A stretch of 64,000 nt of DNA. Source: Holosporales bacterium (GTDB lineage: Bacteria; Pseudomonadota; Alphaproteobacteria; JAJTHO01). The stretch spans positions 109,042-173,041 of the forward strand of contig JBKCUA010000013.1 in assembly GCA_046318675.1 (NCBI GenBank), given 5' to 3'. Position numbers and translations under genes: made by a program. A model generated the notes under the pieces. It was given only the letters and a program-made list of their open reading frames with translations, ran no database searches and had not been told where the DNA came from. This document shows, in pieces, positions 41,563 through 51,096 of this stretch. How positions within the stretch are numbered: position 1 is the stretch's first letter; the number at the start of each line of letters is the position of its first letter.

Positions 41563-42036
41563 ATGTTTAATGCCGATGAATTATTCCATGTCTGTGCCCG
41601 TCTTGGAATATCCTTAAGTCTTCCACCAGCTCCCGTTGCCAATTATGTTGCTTATAATTTTGATGGAAGTATTTTATGGATTTCTGGTCAATTGCCTTTT
41701 GTTGATGGAAAAATCAGCTGTACCGGAATTGTAGGAGATACAGTAGATCCAACAGATGCAGCCGTGGCCGCTAAAGTAGCTTCTATTAATTTGTTATCTC
41801 AATTGCATAATTTTTTAATTCAAAACAACCGCCAAGTTAAAGGATGCCTGCGTTTAGGCGGCTTTATTGCATCGGTGCCAAAATTTACAGGGCATTCTTT
41901 AGTAATGAATGGAGCATCCGATATTATTGCTAGTGCCCTTGCACCTCACGGTCGCCACGCTCGTACCAGCATTGGTGTGGCTAGCCTACCCTTAGGAGCT
42001 TCTGTAGAAGTTGAAGGACAATTTCTCATTGCTTAG
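41563..42036 (+). CDS. RidA/YjgF/L-PSP-family protein
   Basis: 157 aa; C-terminal SLPLGASVEVEGQFL typical of the RidA fold. Confidence 0.7.
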   Translation: MFNADELFHVCARLGISLSLPPAPVANYVAYNFDGSILWISGQLPFVDGKISCTGIVGDTVDPTDAAVAAKVASINLLSQLHNFLIQNNRQVKGCLRLGGFIASVPKFTGHSLVMNGASDIIASALAPHGRHARTSIGVASLPLGASVEVEGQFLIA

Positions 42037-42183
42037 GGCACCTCTAATAACCTCATTTCTAGGGCGATTGACGTCGTCAGGTCTATGCTCGCAATCCGCA
42101 CGTACGTTTGAGTACGCTTACGTTTGCTCGCACATCCCATCAGAGCCACTCATCCCTAATAAATGGGGTTATTAGAGGTGCCC
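42036..42183. repeat. 148-bp palindromic MITE-like element with perfect 17-bp terminal inverted repeats
   Basis: GGGCACCTCTAATAACC at 42036-42052 and exact reverse complement GGTTATTAGAGGTGCCC at 42167-42183; imperfect extension to about 29 bp; internal TGACGTCGTCA palindrome. Confidence 0.7.
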
Positions 42184-42192
42184 CTTAGTAGA

Positions 42193-42333
42193 AAAGACTT
42201 ATAGCGCGTTGCGGAATTAACAGTAGACTTTAAAAATTCTTCAGCGCGCTATAAGTTATTTTTGTTCGTCCATTCGGACGCGGCACTTTGTGCCGTGCGC
42301 TGGTTGCAAGTATACTTTTAATTATGAAACCAG
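42193..42333. repeat. structured intergenic repeat, copy B
   Basis: Near-identical to 26042..26200. Confidence 0.8.
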
Positions 42334-42347
42334 ATATATACCCGCAA

Positions 42348-43262
42348 TCAGAAAAGGTTTTCTGATGTAAATTCAAAGCTTTTATTACAAAACGCACAAT
42401 TCATTTCGATTCTATTCGAATCATCCCACATGGTGGATATCTCTTCATTGGGAAGATTCGAAAGAATCATTTTCAACCGCTGTGAGGTGCATCGACAAGT
42501 GGCAAAAACTGGTTGAGGTGGGAATACTCGTACCTCAATCCCACCAAAAAGACGATACAATAACCTTTCCGCTGCAAGCCCACTATCTAATAATTCAGCC
42601 TTAGATAGAGTTTCAAGAAGTGCCCCAACCTCATCCCAAGCCGCGTCCTTATCAGTAGCTTTATTCTCATCCTCCGGAAGAGACTGTATAAGCAACGCAC
42701 CCGAACGCCAAGCGTTCGCCGCTTCTTGCTGTGTTGCAACTATAATTTTAGTGGGCAATTGCACCGATTGGTTGAAATAATGCTCGACCGCCACCCCAAG
42801 ACGTGAGCCTTCAAGGGCGACAATTCCTTGATAGCGTTCCTTAGTGGCACTAAGCGTTGCCGTAAAAGCTAAGTATCCTTTACCAGTCAGCGATTGTAGG
42901 TTTTCCGGATTCACTGGTACAGGTCCCGTGCACTGGGCATAACCACGCACCCCGCCATCGGAGGTAATATCAACCACCAACATAGAGACAGCACCCTCGC
43001 TACTCGTTTGCAGAATGAATTTGCCATCCACATCAAAAAAACTGGCCATACCACTTGTTAATGCCAATGCTTCGCCCAATAATTCACCTACTGGTAGTGG
43101 ATAAGCATGGTATCCTAAAATTGTTGTTACCGTTTGTGCCAAGCGTACCAGCCGACCGCGCACCCCATACGTAGGCAAAAGAAACGACAAAATAATGTCA
43201 TCCGTCGGACTAACAACAAAAGGATCAAGAACAGTAGGAGGATTGGTTATGTCCACAACCAA
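42348..43262 (-). CDS. hslO: redox-regulated chaperone Hsp33
   Basis: C-terminal zinc centre CxC…CxxC (CRCTSQR…CAFCNKSF); start probably downstream of the ORF start. Confidence 0.85.
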   Translation of the reverse strand: MVVDITNPPTVLDPFVVSPTDDIILSFLLPTYGVRGRLVRLAQTVTTILGYHAYPLPVGELLGEALALTSGMASFFDVDGKFILQTSSEGAVSMLVVDITSDGGVRGYAQCTGPVPVNPENLQSLTGKGYLAFTATLSATKERYQGIVALEGSRLGVAVEHYFNQSVQLPTKIIVATQQEAANAWRSGALLIQSLPEDENKATDKDAAWDEVGALLETLSKAELLDSGLAAERLLYRLFGGIEVRVFPPQPVFATCRCTSQRLKMILSNLPNEEISTMWDDSNRIEMNCAFCNKSFEFTSENLF

Positions 43263-44107
43263 TCCAATAATGCCATTTGAACATATAAACGATTTTCTGC
43301 TTCGTCTAAGACGCGAGATTGTATGCCATCCATTACCGCGTCAACAACTTCTTCACCGCGCATGGCAGGAAGACAGTGCAAAAAAATTGCGGATGTCTTA
43401 GCTGCGGCCATCAATGTGGGGGTTACTTGATAAGGCCGAAGCCGATCTTTTTGGGCGAAAACATCCGTACAGCCCATAGACACCCAAGTATCCGTAACAA
43501 CAACATCAGCACCTCGAACAGCTTCTACTGGATCGATCGTCAAATAACCATCGGCTTTTTTCCACAAAGCCTCTGGTGTTGCAGTCCGCAAAGTAAAGCC
43601 GAACACCGTGGCGGCCTCATACCAAGAACGCCAAACATTGTTTGGATCGCCAATCCAGGCAACATTCATTTTTCCAAGATTTAACCCTGCTTCCCGGCAA
43701 GTAAGCATATCTGCAAGAATCTGACAGGGATGACTTTTATCCGTCAAGGCATTGATAACTGGAACAGCACTGAATGTAGCCAACTCGGTTAACCGTGCAT
43801 GAGCCGTAGTACGAAGCATGATAGCGTCACCATACCGTGACAATACCCGAGCCGTATCAGCAATACTTTCACCCCGACCAAGCTGCATTTCATCACTGCG
43901 TAAGATAATTGCTTGAGCACCCAATTTCCACGCAGCGCGCTCAAAAGATACTCTTGTACGAGTGGAGGGTTTTTCAAAAATACATATTAACGCCCGATTT
44001 GAATGCCGAACCTCAGCAGATTTATTTTTAAAACGAGCCGCCGCTTCAATGAGTGCTGTTAATGTTAACGCATTATGCCCAACAATATCTAGAAAATGCT
44101 TAAGCAT
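43247..44107 (-). CDS. argF: ornithine carbamoyltransferase
   Basis: STRTRVSFE carbamoyl-phosphate motif, HCLP motif; likely start MLKHFL at 44107. Confidence 0.9.
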   Translation of the reverse strand: MLKHFLDIVGHNALTLTALIEAAARFKNKSAEVRHSNRALICIFEKPSTRTRVSFERAAWKLGAQAIILRSDEMQLGRGESIADTARVLSRYGDAIMLRTTAHARLTELATFSAVPVINALTDKSHPCQILADMLTCREAGLNLGKMNVAWIGDPNNVWRSWYEAATVFGFTLRTATPEALWKKADGYLTIDPVEAVRGADVVVTDTWVSMGCTDVFAQKDRLRPYQVTPTLMAAAKTSAIFLHCLPAMRGEEVVDAVMDGIQSRVLDEAENRLYVQMALLDWLWT

Positions 44108-45290
44108 AACTGACTCTTGCCTCCAAGGCAACAGCAACTCTTTCCAGCTTCATCAATGCGTCTTCTACTTCTTTTTTATTTATAATCAAAGGTGGTAATA
44201 AACGAATGACGCCTCCTCCTGCGGGAATAACAAGCAAGCCTTCGGCCAACAACATCTCTGCTACCAAACGATTATCAGGAACACAGACGAGCCCTAACAT
44301 GAGGCCAGCACCACGGGTGGCACTGAAAACTTGTGGATAGCTTGCAACAAGACTACGCATTCCTTGTATAAAAAAGCTACCCATCTCAATAACATTAACA
44401 AGAAAATCAGGCTTGAGAATTTCATGAAGAACGGCAGCACCAACAGCGGTAGCTAAAGGATTTCCGCCAAAAGTAGAACCATGCGTTCCCGTAGTCATAC
44501 CACGTGCAGCTTCTTTCGTAGCAAGACACGCCCCAATGGGAAAACCACCACCAAGCCCCTTAGCACTAACCAAAATATCGGGTTGAATATTTTCACCCTC
44601 GTATGCAAATAAATGTCCTGTACGCCCAATTCCGGTCTGAATCTCATCAAGAAACAATAGAATATTATTTTCATCACACAAATCACGCACGGCTTTAAAG
44701 TACCCTGGCGGGGGCATATTGATGCCGCCTTCACCCTGAATAGGCTCTAAAAGAATAGCGGCAGTTTCATTGTTTAAAGCTGATTTAAGCGCATCTATAT
44801 CCCCATAGAGTACTTGCTCGAACCCAGGAAGCATTGGCTCAAATCCACCTTTACCACAAGCCGACAATGCTGCGAAGGTACGACCATGAAATGAATTTTT
44901 AGCGGCAATAATTTTATACCGTTGTGGCTGGCCATTGCTTCGAAAAAAACTACGAACAATTTTAATACCACATTCAATGGCTTCAGCCCCAGAGTTACCA
45001 AAAAAGACATAATCAGCAAAACTGTTTTTAATTAATATTTTACCAAGATTTTCCTGACCTATAGATTGATACCAGTTGGAGATATGCCAAACTTTTTCGG
45101 CTTGATTATAAAGGGCCTTCATTAAAGCCGGATGGTGGTGACCCAAAGCGTTTACGGCAACACCACTGCCACAATCAAGATATGCTCTATTTTGAATGTC
45201 ATACACCCAGCAGCCTTCACCACGCACAAAAGCAACCGGAAACGGGCTGTACACAGGGAGAATCGGCGATGAGCTTACAGAAGATGTCAC
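44100..45290 (-). CDS. argD: acetylornithine aminotransferase
   Basis: 396 aa class III PLP aminotransferase; DEIQTGIGRTG motif. Confidence 0.85.
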   Translation of the reverse strand: MTSSVSSSPILPVYSPFPVAFVRGEGCWVYDIQNRAYLDCGSGVAVNALGHHHPALMKALYNQAEKVWHISNWYQSIGQENLGKILIKNSFADYVFFGNSGAEAIECGIKIVRSFFRSNGQPQRYKIIAAKNSFHGRTFAALSACGKGGFEPMLPGFEQVLYGDIDALKSALNNETAAILLEPIQGEGGINMPPPGYFKAVRDLCDENNILLFLDEIQTGIGRTGHLFAYEGENIQPDILVSAKGLGGGFPIGACLATKEAARGMTTGTHGSTFGGNPLATAVGAAVLHEILKPDFLVNVIEMGSFFIQGMRSLVASYPQVFSATRGAGLMLGLVCVPDNRLVAEMLLAEGLLVIPAGGGVIRLLPPLIINKKEVEDALMKLERVAVALEARVSYA

Positions 45291-45452
45291 GAAAAATCCG
45301 AAAAGAAAATTTTAATCATGATGAATTATTTCGTCAATAAGAACAAGCTTATTAATTATAATAAAATTATTTTATTATCTGAATACAAAGTATTTCCCTT
45401 GACATAAACCATCATCTTTCCAACAACAGAGTACTTTCTTTCAGGATTCTTT

Positions 45453-45830
45453 ATGTCAAAGCGTTTATATACAAACTCTCACGAATGGCTCGAAGTAAAA
45501 GATAACATAGCCACTGTAGGTATTACCGACTATGCTCAACACGCCTTAGGCGATGTGGTATACGTTGAAGTCCCAGAATCTGGAAAAACTATTACAGCCG
45601 GATCGCCCGTTGCTGTGGTAGAGTCAGTAAAAGCCGCCAGTGAAGTCTATGCACCGGTGTCCGGCACCGTTACTGAAAGCAACACTGCTATCCAAACTGA
45701 TCCATCTTTAGTCAATCGCGCCGCTAATAGTGATGGTTGGTTTTTTCGTCTAAAAATTAATAACCCGAACGAACTTGAAAAATTACTCACCGAAGATAGC
45801 TATAAATCGTTGATATTAAATTTATCATAA
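45453..45830 (+). CDS. gcvH: glycine-cleavage system H protein (lipoyl carrier)
   Basis: 125 aa; lipoyl-lysine motif VESVKAASEVYAPVSG. Confidence 0.85.
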   Translation: MSKRLYTNSHEWLEVKDNIATVGITDYAQHALGDVVYVEVPESGKTITAGSPVAVVESVKAASEVYAPVSGTVTESNTAIQTDPSLVNRAANSDGWFFRLKINNPNELEKLLTEDSYKSLILNLS

Positions 45831-45836
45831 AAATTT

Positions 45837-46403
45837 TTGGAGGCTGCTGTGCCCACTATAACATTGGCTGATTATTTTACTTTAGCAAGATTTGTTGCGG
45901 TAATACCGTTACTATTATTTTGGTGGCTTCCAGGTGGTGCATGGTTGGCTTTTACTGTTTTCACCATTGCTTGTATTACAGATTTTGCTGATGGAATTAT
46001 TGCCCGTCATCGCAAAGAGGTTTCCCCGTTTGGTACGATGATCGATCCTATTGCAGACAAAATTCTGGTCATCTCCGCCCTGTTAATACTAGCATTGAGT
46101 GAGATTCTAACCATAATAGGAATGGTGGGGTTTTGGATTATCTTATGGCGAGAAATTATTGTATCTGGCCTGCGGGAATACCTCGCTCAGCGCAATCTTA
46201 ATATTCCAGTAACCCCAATAGCAAAATACAAAACCGCCTTACAGATGATTTCTTTGTCCGGATTATTTTTTGAATATGCTTGGCGAGGTGCAAATACTAA
46301 TTCCTGGCTTTGGAGTGAAAGTATTTTATTATTGGCTGCTGCTTTAACTGTATGGACAGGAGTGACTTACGTTAAGGCAACGCTTCAGGCATTAAAAAGC
46401 TAA
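45837..46403 (+). CDS. pgsA: CDP-diacylglycerol--glycerol-3-phosphate 3-phosphatidyltransferase
   Basis: CDP-alcohol phosphatidyltransferase motif DFADGIIAR…G…DPIADK. Confidence 0.8.
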   Translation: MEAAVPTITLADYFTLARFVAVIPLLLFWWLPGGAWLAFTVFTIACITDFADGIIARHRKEVSPFGTMIDPIADKILVISALLILALSEILTIIGMVGFWIILWREIIVSGLREYLAQRNLNIPVTPIAKYKTALQMISLSGLFFEYAWRGANTNSWLWSESILLLAAALTVWTGVTYVKATLQALKS

Positions 46404-47692
46404 TCTCTTTTCCACGCTGCTATAAAAAATCCGTCCGTTTGATGCTCATGGGGTGTTAATTGTAAGGTGTTATCTTTTGCCTGTAGTGGTTTTGAAAAAT
46501 CCACACGACTAAGTGCTTCAACCATTAAAATTGGTGAAAAATCGGTTTTAATTTCATTAAACCAGGCAACCTGATCATCATTTTCTTCCGCCAGCAATGA
46601 ACAGGTCGCATACCATAATTCACCGCCAGGCTTTACTAATTCAGCAGCTTTTTTAAGAATAGATTTTTGCTTTTTTGATAATTCTTCAAGATCAGTTTTT
46701 GTATAGCGAAATCTCGCATCAGGATTACGTCGCCAAGTACCCGTACCTGTACATGGGGCATCAACCAAAACGCGATCGAACTTTCCGCTGTTATTAGCAC
46801 ACCAGCGCTCTTCCAACATCCGCACGGTAGCATTATGTACCCCTGCTTTACGTAAACGACGCTGAGCCTCCTCCAATCGCTTTGGAGCTATATCAAGAGC
46901 GACCAATCTCCCTTTATTCTCCATGTTAGCAGCTAACGCTAAACTCTTCCCCCCTGCGCCGGCACAAAAATCAAGCACCGCCATTCCTGGTTTTGCCCCT
47001 ACCAAAAGAGCGGCAAGTTGAGCTGCTTCATCCTGAATTTCTGCTTGGCCATTATGCAAAACCGATAAACGATCGAAAGAAAAACGCTCACCTATGCGCA
47101 CACCTAATGGTGAGTATGGCGTTGGTTCCGCCGACAAACCTTCTGCTCGAACTTGATCTAATAATGCCGTTCTGTCACCATGCAATGTATTCGCCCGTAA
47201 ATCAACCAGGGCTTGTTCTTGAAGCGCACCAAGCAATCTTGATAGATCGGCTCCATAACGGTTTTGTAAAGAGGCTATCGCCCAGTCAGGGCATTCACCC
47301 TTCACCGCTACTGGCATACTAGACTCAGCTTCAGTATCAAGACAAAGCTGTTCCAGAGTACACAATTCTATATGTGATAATGGTGCAGGTGCATATCGAT
47401 CCCCACTATAAAAGTTCTTTAATAATAATTGATTTTTACCTTCTACAATAAATTGATAAGAAAGAAGCCCCAAGCGCGGTGTCCAGTGTACACCAACGCG
47501 CATCAGTCGCCACGTTAAACGTACCCGATAACGAAACACACCATACACTAAATAAGCAAGATGTTGCCGATCCTTACTTCCCGCAAAACGATGTTCTCTC
47601 CCCCAATGATGTAGTGCCCTATCGACAGGAACACCGCCGTTAGCAGCAGTAAGAACTTCTAAAGCCGCACTGGCCAATGCTTGGGGGGTCAT
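46400..47692 (-). CDS. rsmB: 16S rRNA m5C methyltransferase, RsmB/Sun (NOL1/NOP2) family
   Basis: 430 aa; SAM motif LDFCAGAGGKS and catalytic DAPCTGTGTWRR. Confidence 0.75.
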   Translation of the reverse strand: MTPQALASAALEVLTAANGGVPVDRALHHWGREHRFAGSKDRQHLAYLVYGVFRYRVRLTWRLMRVGVHWTPRLGLLSYQFIVEGKNQLLLKNFYSGDRYAPAPLSHIELCTLEQLCLDTEAESSMPVAVKGECPDWAIASLQNRYGADLSRLLGALQEQALVDLRANTLHGDRTALLDQVRAEGLSAEPTPYSPLGVRIGERFSFDRLSVLHNGQAEIQDEAAQLAALLVGAKPGMAVLDFCAGAGGKSLALAANMENKGRLVALDIAPKRLEEAQRRLRKAGVHNATVRMLEERWCANNSGKFDRVLVDAPCTGTGTWRRNPDARFRYTKTDLEELSKKQKSILKKAAELVKPGGELWYATCSLLAEENDDQVAWFNEIKTDFSPILMVEALSRVDFSKPLQAKDNTLQLTPHEHQTDGFFIAAWKRD

Positions 47693-48789
47693 GATAACAC
47701 AGCTAAAATATCACTATCGTCCACATCCCTACGTTCCACAGCATCTCCAATTGCATTCAACAAAATAAATGTTTTTTTGCCGCCAATCGTCTTCTTATCA
47801 CTTTCCATCGCCATTAGTAATTCATTTTTATTTAAAGTTAGATCAGGTAATAATTCTTTTAATGTCTTAGGATACTTAAGGCCATTAAGATGTTCTTCAA
47901 TGGCTGTTGCTTGATCAGCTACCAACATACCTAATCTGACCGATAACCGTGCTGCCAACCGAATACCGTATGCCACTGCCTCACCATGAAGAAGTATTTT
48001 ACTATCGTATCCAGCAGCAGCTTCCAACGCGTGACCAAATGTATGACCAAAATTGAGCAATGCTCGAATACCAGTTTCTCGTTCATCTTTACTAACTATT
48101 AGAGCTTTTGCACGACAGCTATAAGTAATAGCTTTTTGTAAAGATTCATTATCACCATCAAGTATTTTTTGAGCATATTTTTGGCACCACTCAAAGAAAG
48201 TGGAATCACTAATAAGACCATATTTAAGAATTTCTGCATAACCAGCACGACGTTCGCGTAAAGGAAGCGTCTTTAAAAAATTGATATCAATAATTACCCT
48301 AACTGGTTGGTAAAAAGTCCCTATCAAATTTTTACCAAAATTACTATTGATGGCTGTTTTTCCACCAACAGAACTATCAACTTGAGCCAAAAGGGTTGTG
48401 GGAATTTGTACAAAAGGTATCCCCCGTAAGGTAATACTAGCCACAAAACCGCCTAAATCCCCAACTACACCACCACCTAAAGCAATAAGAATCGTCTTGC
48501 GATCAATGCGCCATGATATTATTTTTTCAAGAACTTTTTTTAGAGTCGTAAAACTTTTTGCTTTTTCTCCGGCAGGGAGAGTGACAAAAAGTACATTCTT
48601 TTTATCAAGGGATTTTTCAATTGTTTTTTTATATAAAGGAGCAACATTTTTATCACTAAGGACTATAACTTTTTTTGTTATATCTAACCATGGTGCAAGG
48701 TCTTTTTCTAAATGCGATAAAATATCGCTACCAATCATGATATCGTATTGATGTTGTTTTGTTTCTATAGAAATAATACCAAGAGTCAT
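47689..48789 (-). CDS. aroB: 3-dehydroquinate synthase
   Basis: 366 aa; GGGVVGDLGGF NAD-binding motif and metal-binding HTFGHALE. Confidence 0.9.
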   Translation of the reverse strand: MTLGIISIETKQHQYDIMIGSDILSHLEKDLAPWLDITKKVIVLSDKNVAPLYKKTIEKSLDKKNVLFVTLPAGEKAKSFTTLKKVLEKIISWRIDRKTILIALGGGVVGDLGGFVASITLRGIPFVQIPTTLLAQVDSSVGGKTAINSNFGKNLIGTFYQPVRVIIDINFLKTLPLRERRAGYAEILKYGLISDSTFFEWCQKYAQKILDGDNESLQKAITYSCRAKALIVSKDERETGIRALLNFGHTFGHALEAAAGYDSKILLHGEAVAYGIRLAARLSVRLGMLVADQATAIEEHLNGLKYPKTLKELLPDLTLNKNELLMAMESDKKTIGGKKTFILLNAIGDAVERRDVDDSDILAVLS

Positions 48790-49087
48790 TCTTCAATATA
48801 ACAGTTTCATTATAAGAAAAAACTTAATAACACTTTCCTTCTATAATTTTTTTGAAAAATAATGGTAGTAGTAAGTAGTACCCATAAAAACGGGGATAAC
48901 TTTTGAAATTTTTTTATTCACAGAATTTTCCACAACAATTTTTAAAAAAGTATTTTTGAAATCAAAAAACTAAAAATAATCCCCAACTGCTAAAACTTTT
49001 TCATAACAATATTTTTTTATAAGGAACCAGTATAAATAAGGCAAAGACAACGGGAATAGTATTGTTGGTTTTTTAAAATCGATAAGT

Positions 49088-49106
49088 TATCCACAAGTTA
49101 TGCACA
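49088..49106 (+). promoter_or_regulatory. tandem DnaA boxes (TTATCCACA perfect, TTATGCACA 1 mismatch)
   Basis: two direct boxes 10 bp apart in a 320-bp AT-rich intergenic region; further near-matches at 48926-48934 (TTTTCCACA) and 48891-48899 (minus strand). Confidence 0.45.
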
Positions 49107-49109
49107 GTT

Positions 49110-49847
49110 TTAAGGATAGTTATAATTAGCTACAAAAACCTTTAGTAGCGACAATACCACAATCGCTAAAATTGCTATTCCTACAATTATTTGTGCCGGG
49201 ACTATAATAAAAAATATTTGTACTTGTGGCATTAGACGCGACACTATCCCAATGGTAATATTAAATAAAATTCCTAAGATAAGCAGTGGTGCTGCTAATT
49301 GAATTCCGATATGAAAGGCATCGGCAAAAACGCGACTGAGATGATTGCTTGCATCAATAATACTGAATGCGGTTCCAATAGGGAAAGAAATGTAACTTTG
49401 TGCTAAAGCTTTAAAAGTATTATGGTGAAGATCAGTAGTAAAAATTGCCGTTATACCAGCCATAGTTAAAAATACGGAAAAGAGGTTTCCTTGCTGACCT
49501 AGGCTTGGGTTTAACAGTGAAGCATTTGACATTCCAGTTTGAAGACCAATGATGGAGCCCGCGACGTCCAAAGTACTAAGTAAAAATTTAGCCATTAATC
49601 CAAAAAAAACGCCAATTATAATTTCCTGACCAATGTAAATAAATGTCTGTAAACCGCTTTCTGGAACAATAGGAATGGGTGTAAGAGGCCAAAGTACTAA
49701 ACTGAACAGTATAGCAAAAGCTAAGCGCACTTTTCCGGGAACAAACATTTGATCTAAACCGGGCATTAAATAAATAAGGGAGCCGACGCGGCAGAAAGTC
49801 ATTAAAAAGGCAAAAGTTTCCTGCGGAAGAAAGGTTAGCAGGGACAT
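49110..49847 (-). CDS. fliR: flagellar biosynthetic protein FliR
   Basis: 245 aa, 6-8 TM; FliR/SctT-like pattern. Confidence 0.75.
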   Translation of the reverse strand: MSLLTFLPQETFAFLMTFCRVGSLIYLMPGLDQMFVPGKVRLAFAILFSLVLWPLTPIPIVPESGLQTFIYIGQEIIIGVFFGLMAKFLLSTLDVAGSIIGLQTGMSNASLLNPSLGQQGNLFSVFLTMAGITAIFTTDLHHNTFKALAQSYISFPIGTAFSIIDASNHLSRVFADAFHIGIQLAAPLLILGILFNITIGIVSRLMPQVQIFFIIVPAQIIVGIAILAIVVLSLLKVFVANYNYP

Positions 49848-49848
49848 C

Positions 49849-50115
49849 TTAACTTCCTTGAATCATGCGCTGAAAAAGTTCCAGGGTGAATCCCTGTAAA
49901 GTGCTAAACATAAAAGGAAGAAATAATGCTGTTGCGGCAAAGACAGCAATGACTTTTGGAACAAAGGACAGCGTACTTTCCTGTATCTGCGTAAGAGCTT
50001 GAAATAAAGATATTATAAGCCCAACAACAAGAGTAATTATAAGAAGTGGTGCCCCAACTTTTAGGGTTGTCCAGAGTGCTTGCTGGGTAATCTCTAAAAC
50101 ATCACCGAAGTTCAT
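49849..50115 (-). CDS. fliQ: flagellar biosynthetic protein FliQ
   Basis: 88 aa from internal Met; GLIISLFQALTQIQESTLSFVPKVIAVF matches the FliQ/SctS signature. Confidence 0.8.
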   Translation of the reverse strand: MNFGDVLEITQQALWTTLKVGAPLLIITLVVGLIISLFQALTQIQESTLSFVPKVIAVFAATALFLPFMFSTLQGFTLELFQRMIQGS

Positions 50116-50175
50116 AATGTTGGATGTAAAAGTCAATGGTTGATAAATTGTAAACAACAAGCAAAATGTGTACCT

Positions 50176-51096
50176 ATGATAATCATTCTTTTACAGCGTA
50201 TAGCACCCTTATATGTTTATGTTTTATTAGGATTTTTTGCTGGTCGTTTTTTAAAAATAGACAGACAACAAATGGCGCGTTTGGTTATTTATCTGATTGC
50301 ACCGTTGATGTTTTTAGGTTCGGTGAGTATTGCCCCATTAGATATCCGTTATTTGTTATTACCCGTTATTACTTTTGTTTTGGCAATATTTATGAGTGGG
50401 TTAATGTTTTTGTTGGTTGGAAGATTTTATCCGGATGCGCGGCGTTATCTTATTGCTTCAATATCTGGTACTGGAAATACGGGATATTTTGGTGTGCCAG
50501 TCTTTTTGACCTTGGCTGGATCAGAGGCATTGGGTGTGTATATGCTGGCAATGTTGGGGATGACTTTTTTTGAGGCTAGTATAGGTTATTACCTTATCGC
50601 GAGGGGTAACTATTCCGTGCGAGATAGCATGAAGCGGTTGTTAATGCTGCCAACACTTTATGCGGTTGGGTTGGGATTATTGGTTAAGGTGAGTGGCGTG
50701 GCTATTCCTACTTGGATGTTGACGGGTCTTGAGCAAGTACGCGGGGCTTATGTGGTTCTTGGCATGATGTTGGTGGGTGTGGGATTATCAATGGTGCGAC
50801 GACTTCAATTTGATATTGCTTTTAATTTCATCTTGCTATTGATGCGATTTGTTTTTTGGCCAATTTTAGTGATGGGAGTATTAGCTTTAGATTATGTATT
50901 TTTAGGATTTTTTGATTCATTAGCACGCACAGCTCTATGGGTGCTGGCTATTGTACCTTTGGCTGCTAATACTGTTGCGTTTGCAAGTGAAATGAATCTT
51001 CATCCGGAAAAAACAGCTACGGCAGTTGCAATTAGTACCGTGTTGGCAATATTTACCGTTCCACTCGTTGCACAGACATTGTTTCTCTTTTTTTGA
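50176..51096 (+). CDS. AEC-family (auxin efflux carrier-like) transporter
   Basis: about 306-aa polytopic membrane protein with two-fold repeat topology typical of the AEC family; ORF begins 50140. Confidence 0.65.
   Translation: MIIILLQRIAPLYVYVLLGFFAGRFLKIDRQQMARLVIYLIAPLMFLGSVSIAPLDIRYLLLPVITFVLAIFMSGLMFLLVGRFYPDARRYLIASISGTGNTGYFGVPVFLTLAGSEALGVYMLAMLGMTFFEASIGYYLIARGNYSVRDSMKRLLMLPTLYAVGLGLLVKVSGVAIPTWMLTGLEQVRGAYVVLGMMLVGVGLSMVRRLQFDIAFNFILLLMRFVFWPILVMGVLALDYVFLGFFDSLARTALWVLAIVPLAANTVAFASEMNLHPEKTATAVAISTVLAIFTVPLVAQTLFLFF

Noticed and set aside
26042-42333. Possibility that the two direct repeat copies delimit a 16-kb mobile island
   Set aside because: The interval contains core housekeeping genes (glyA, gmk, ispE, mnmG, rsmG, parAB, aat) with no integrase, transposase or tRNA. 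The repeats look like dispersed intergenic elements, not island boundaries.
45291-45452. ARG-box-like sequence (TGAATTATTTCGTCA) in the argD/gcvH divergent promoter region
   Set aside because: Only a partial match to the ArgR operator consensus in an AT-rich region. It is not distinguishable from chance without a genome-wide motif model.
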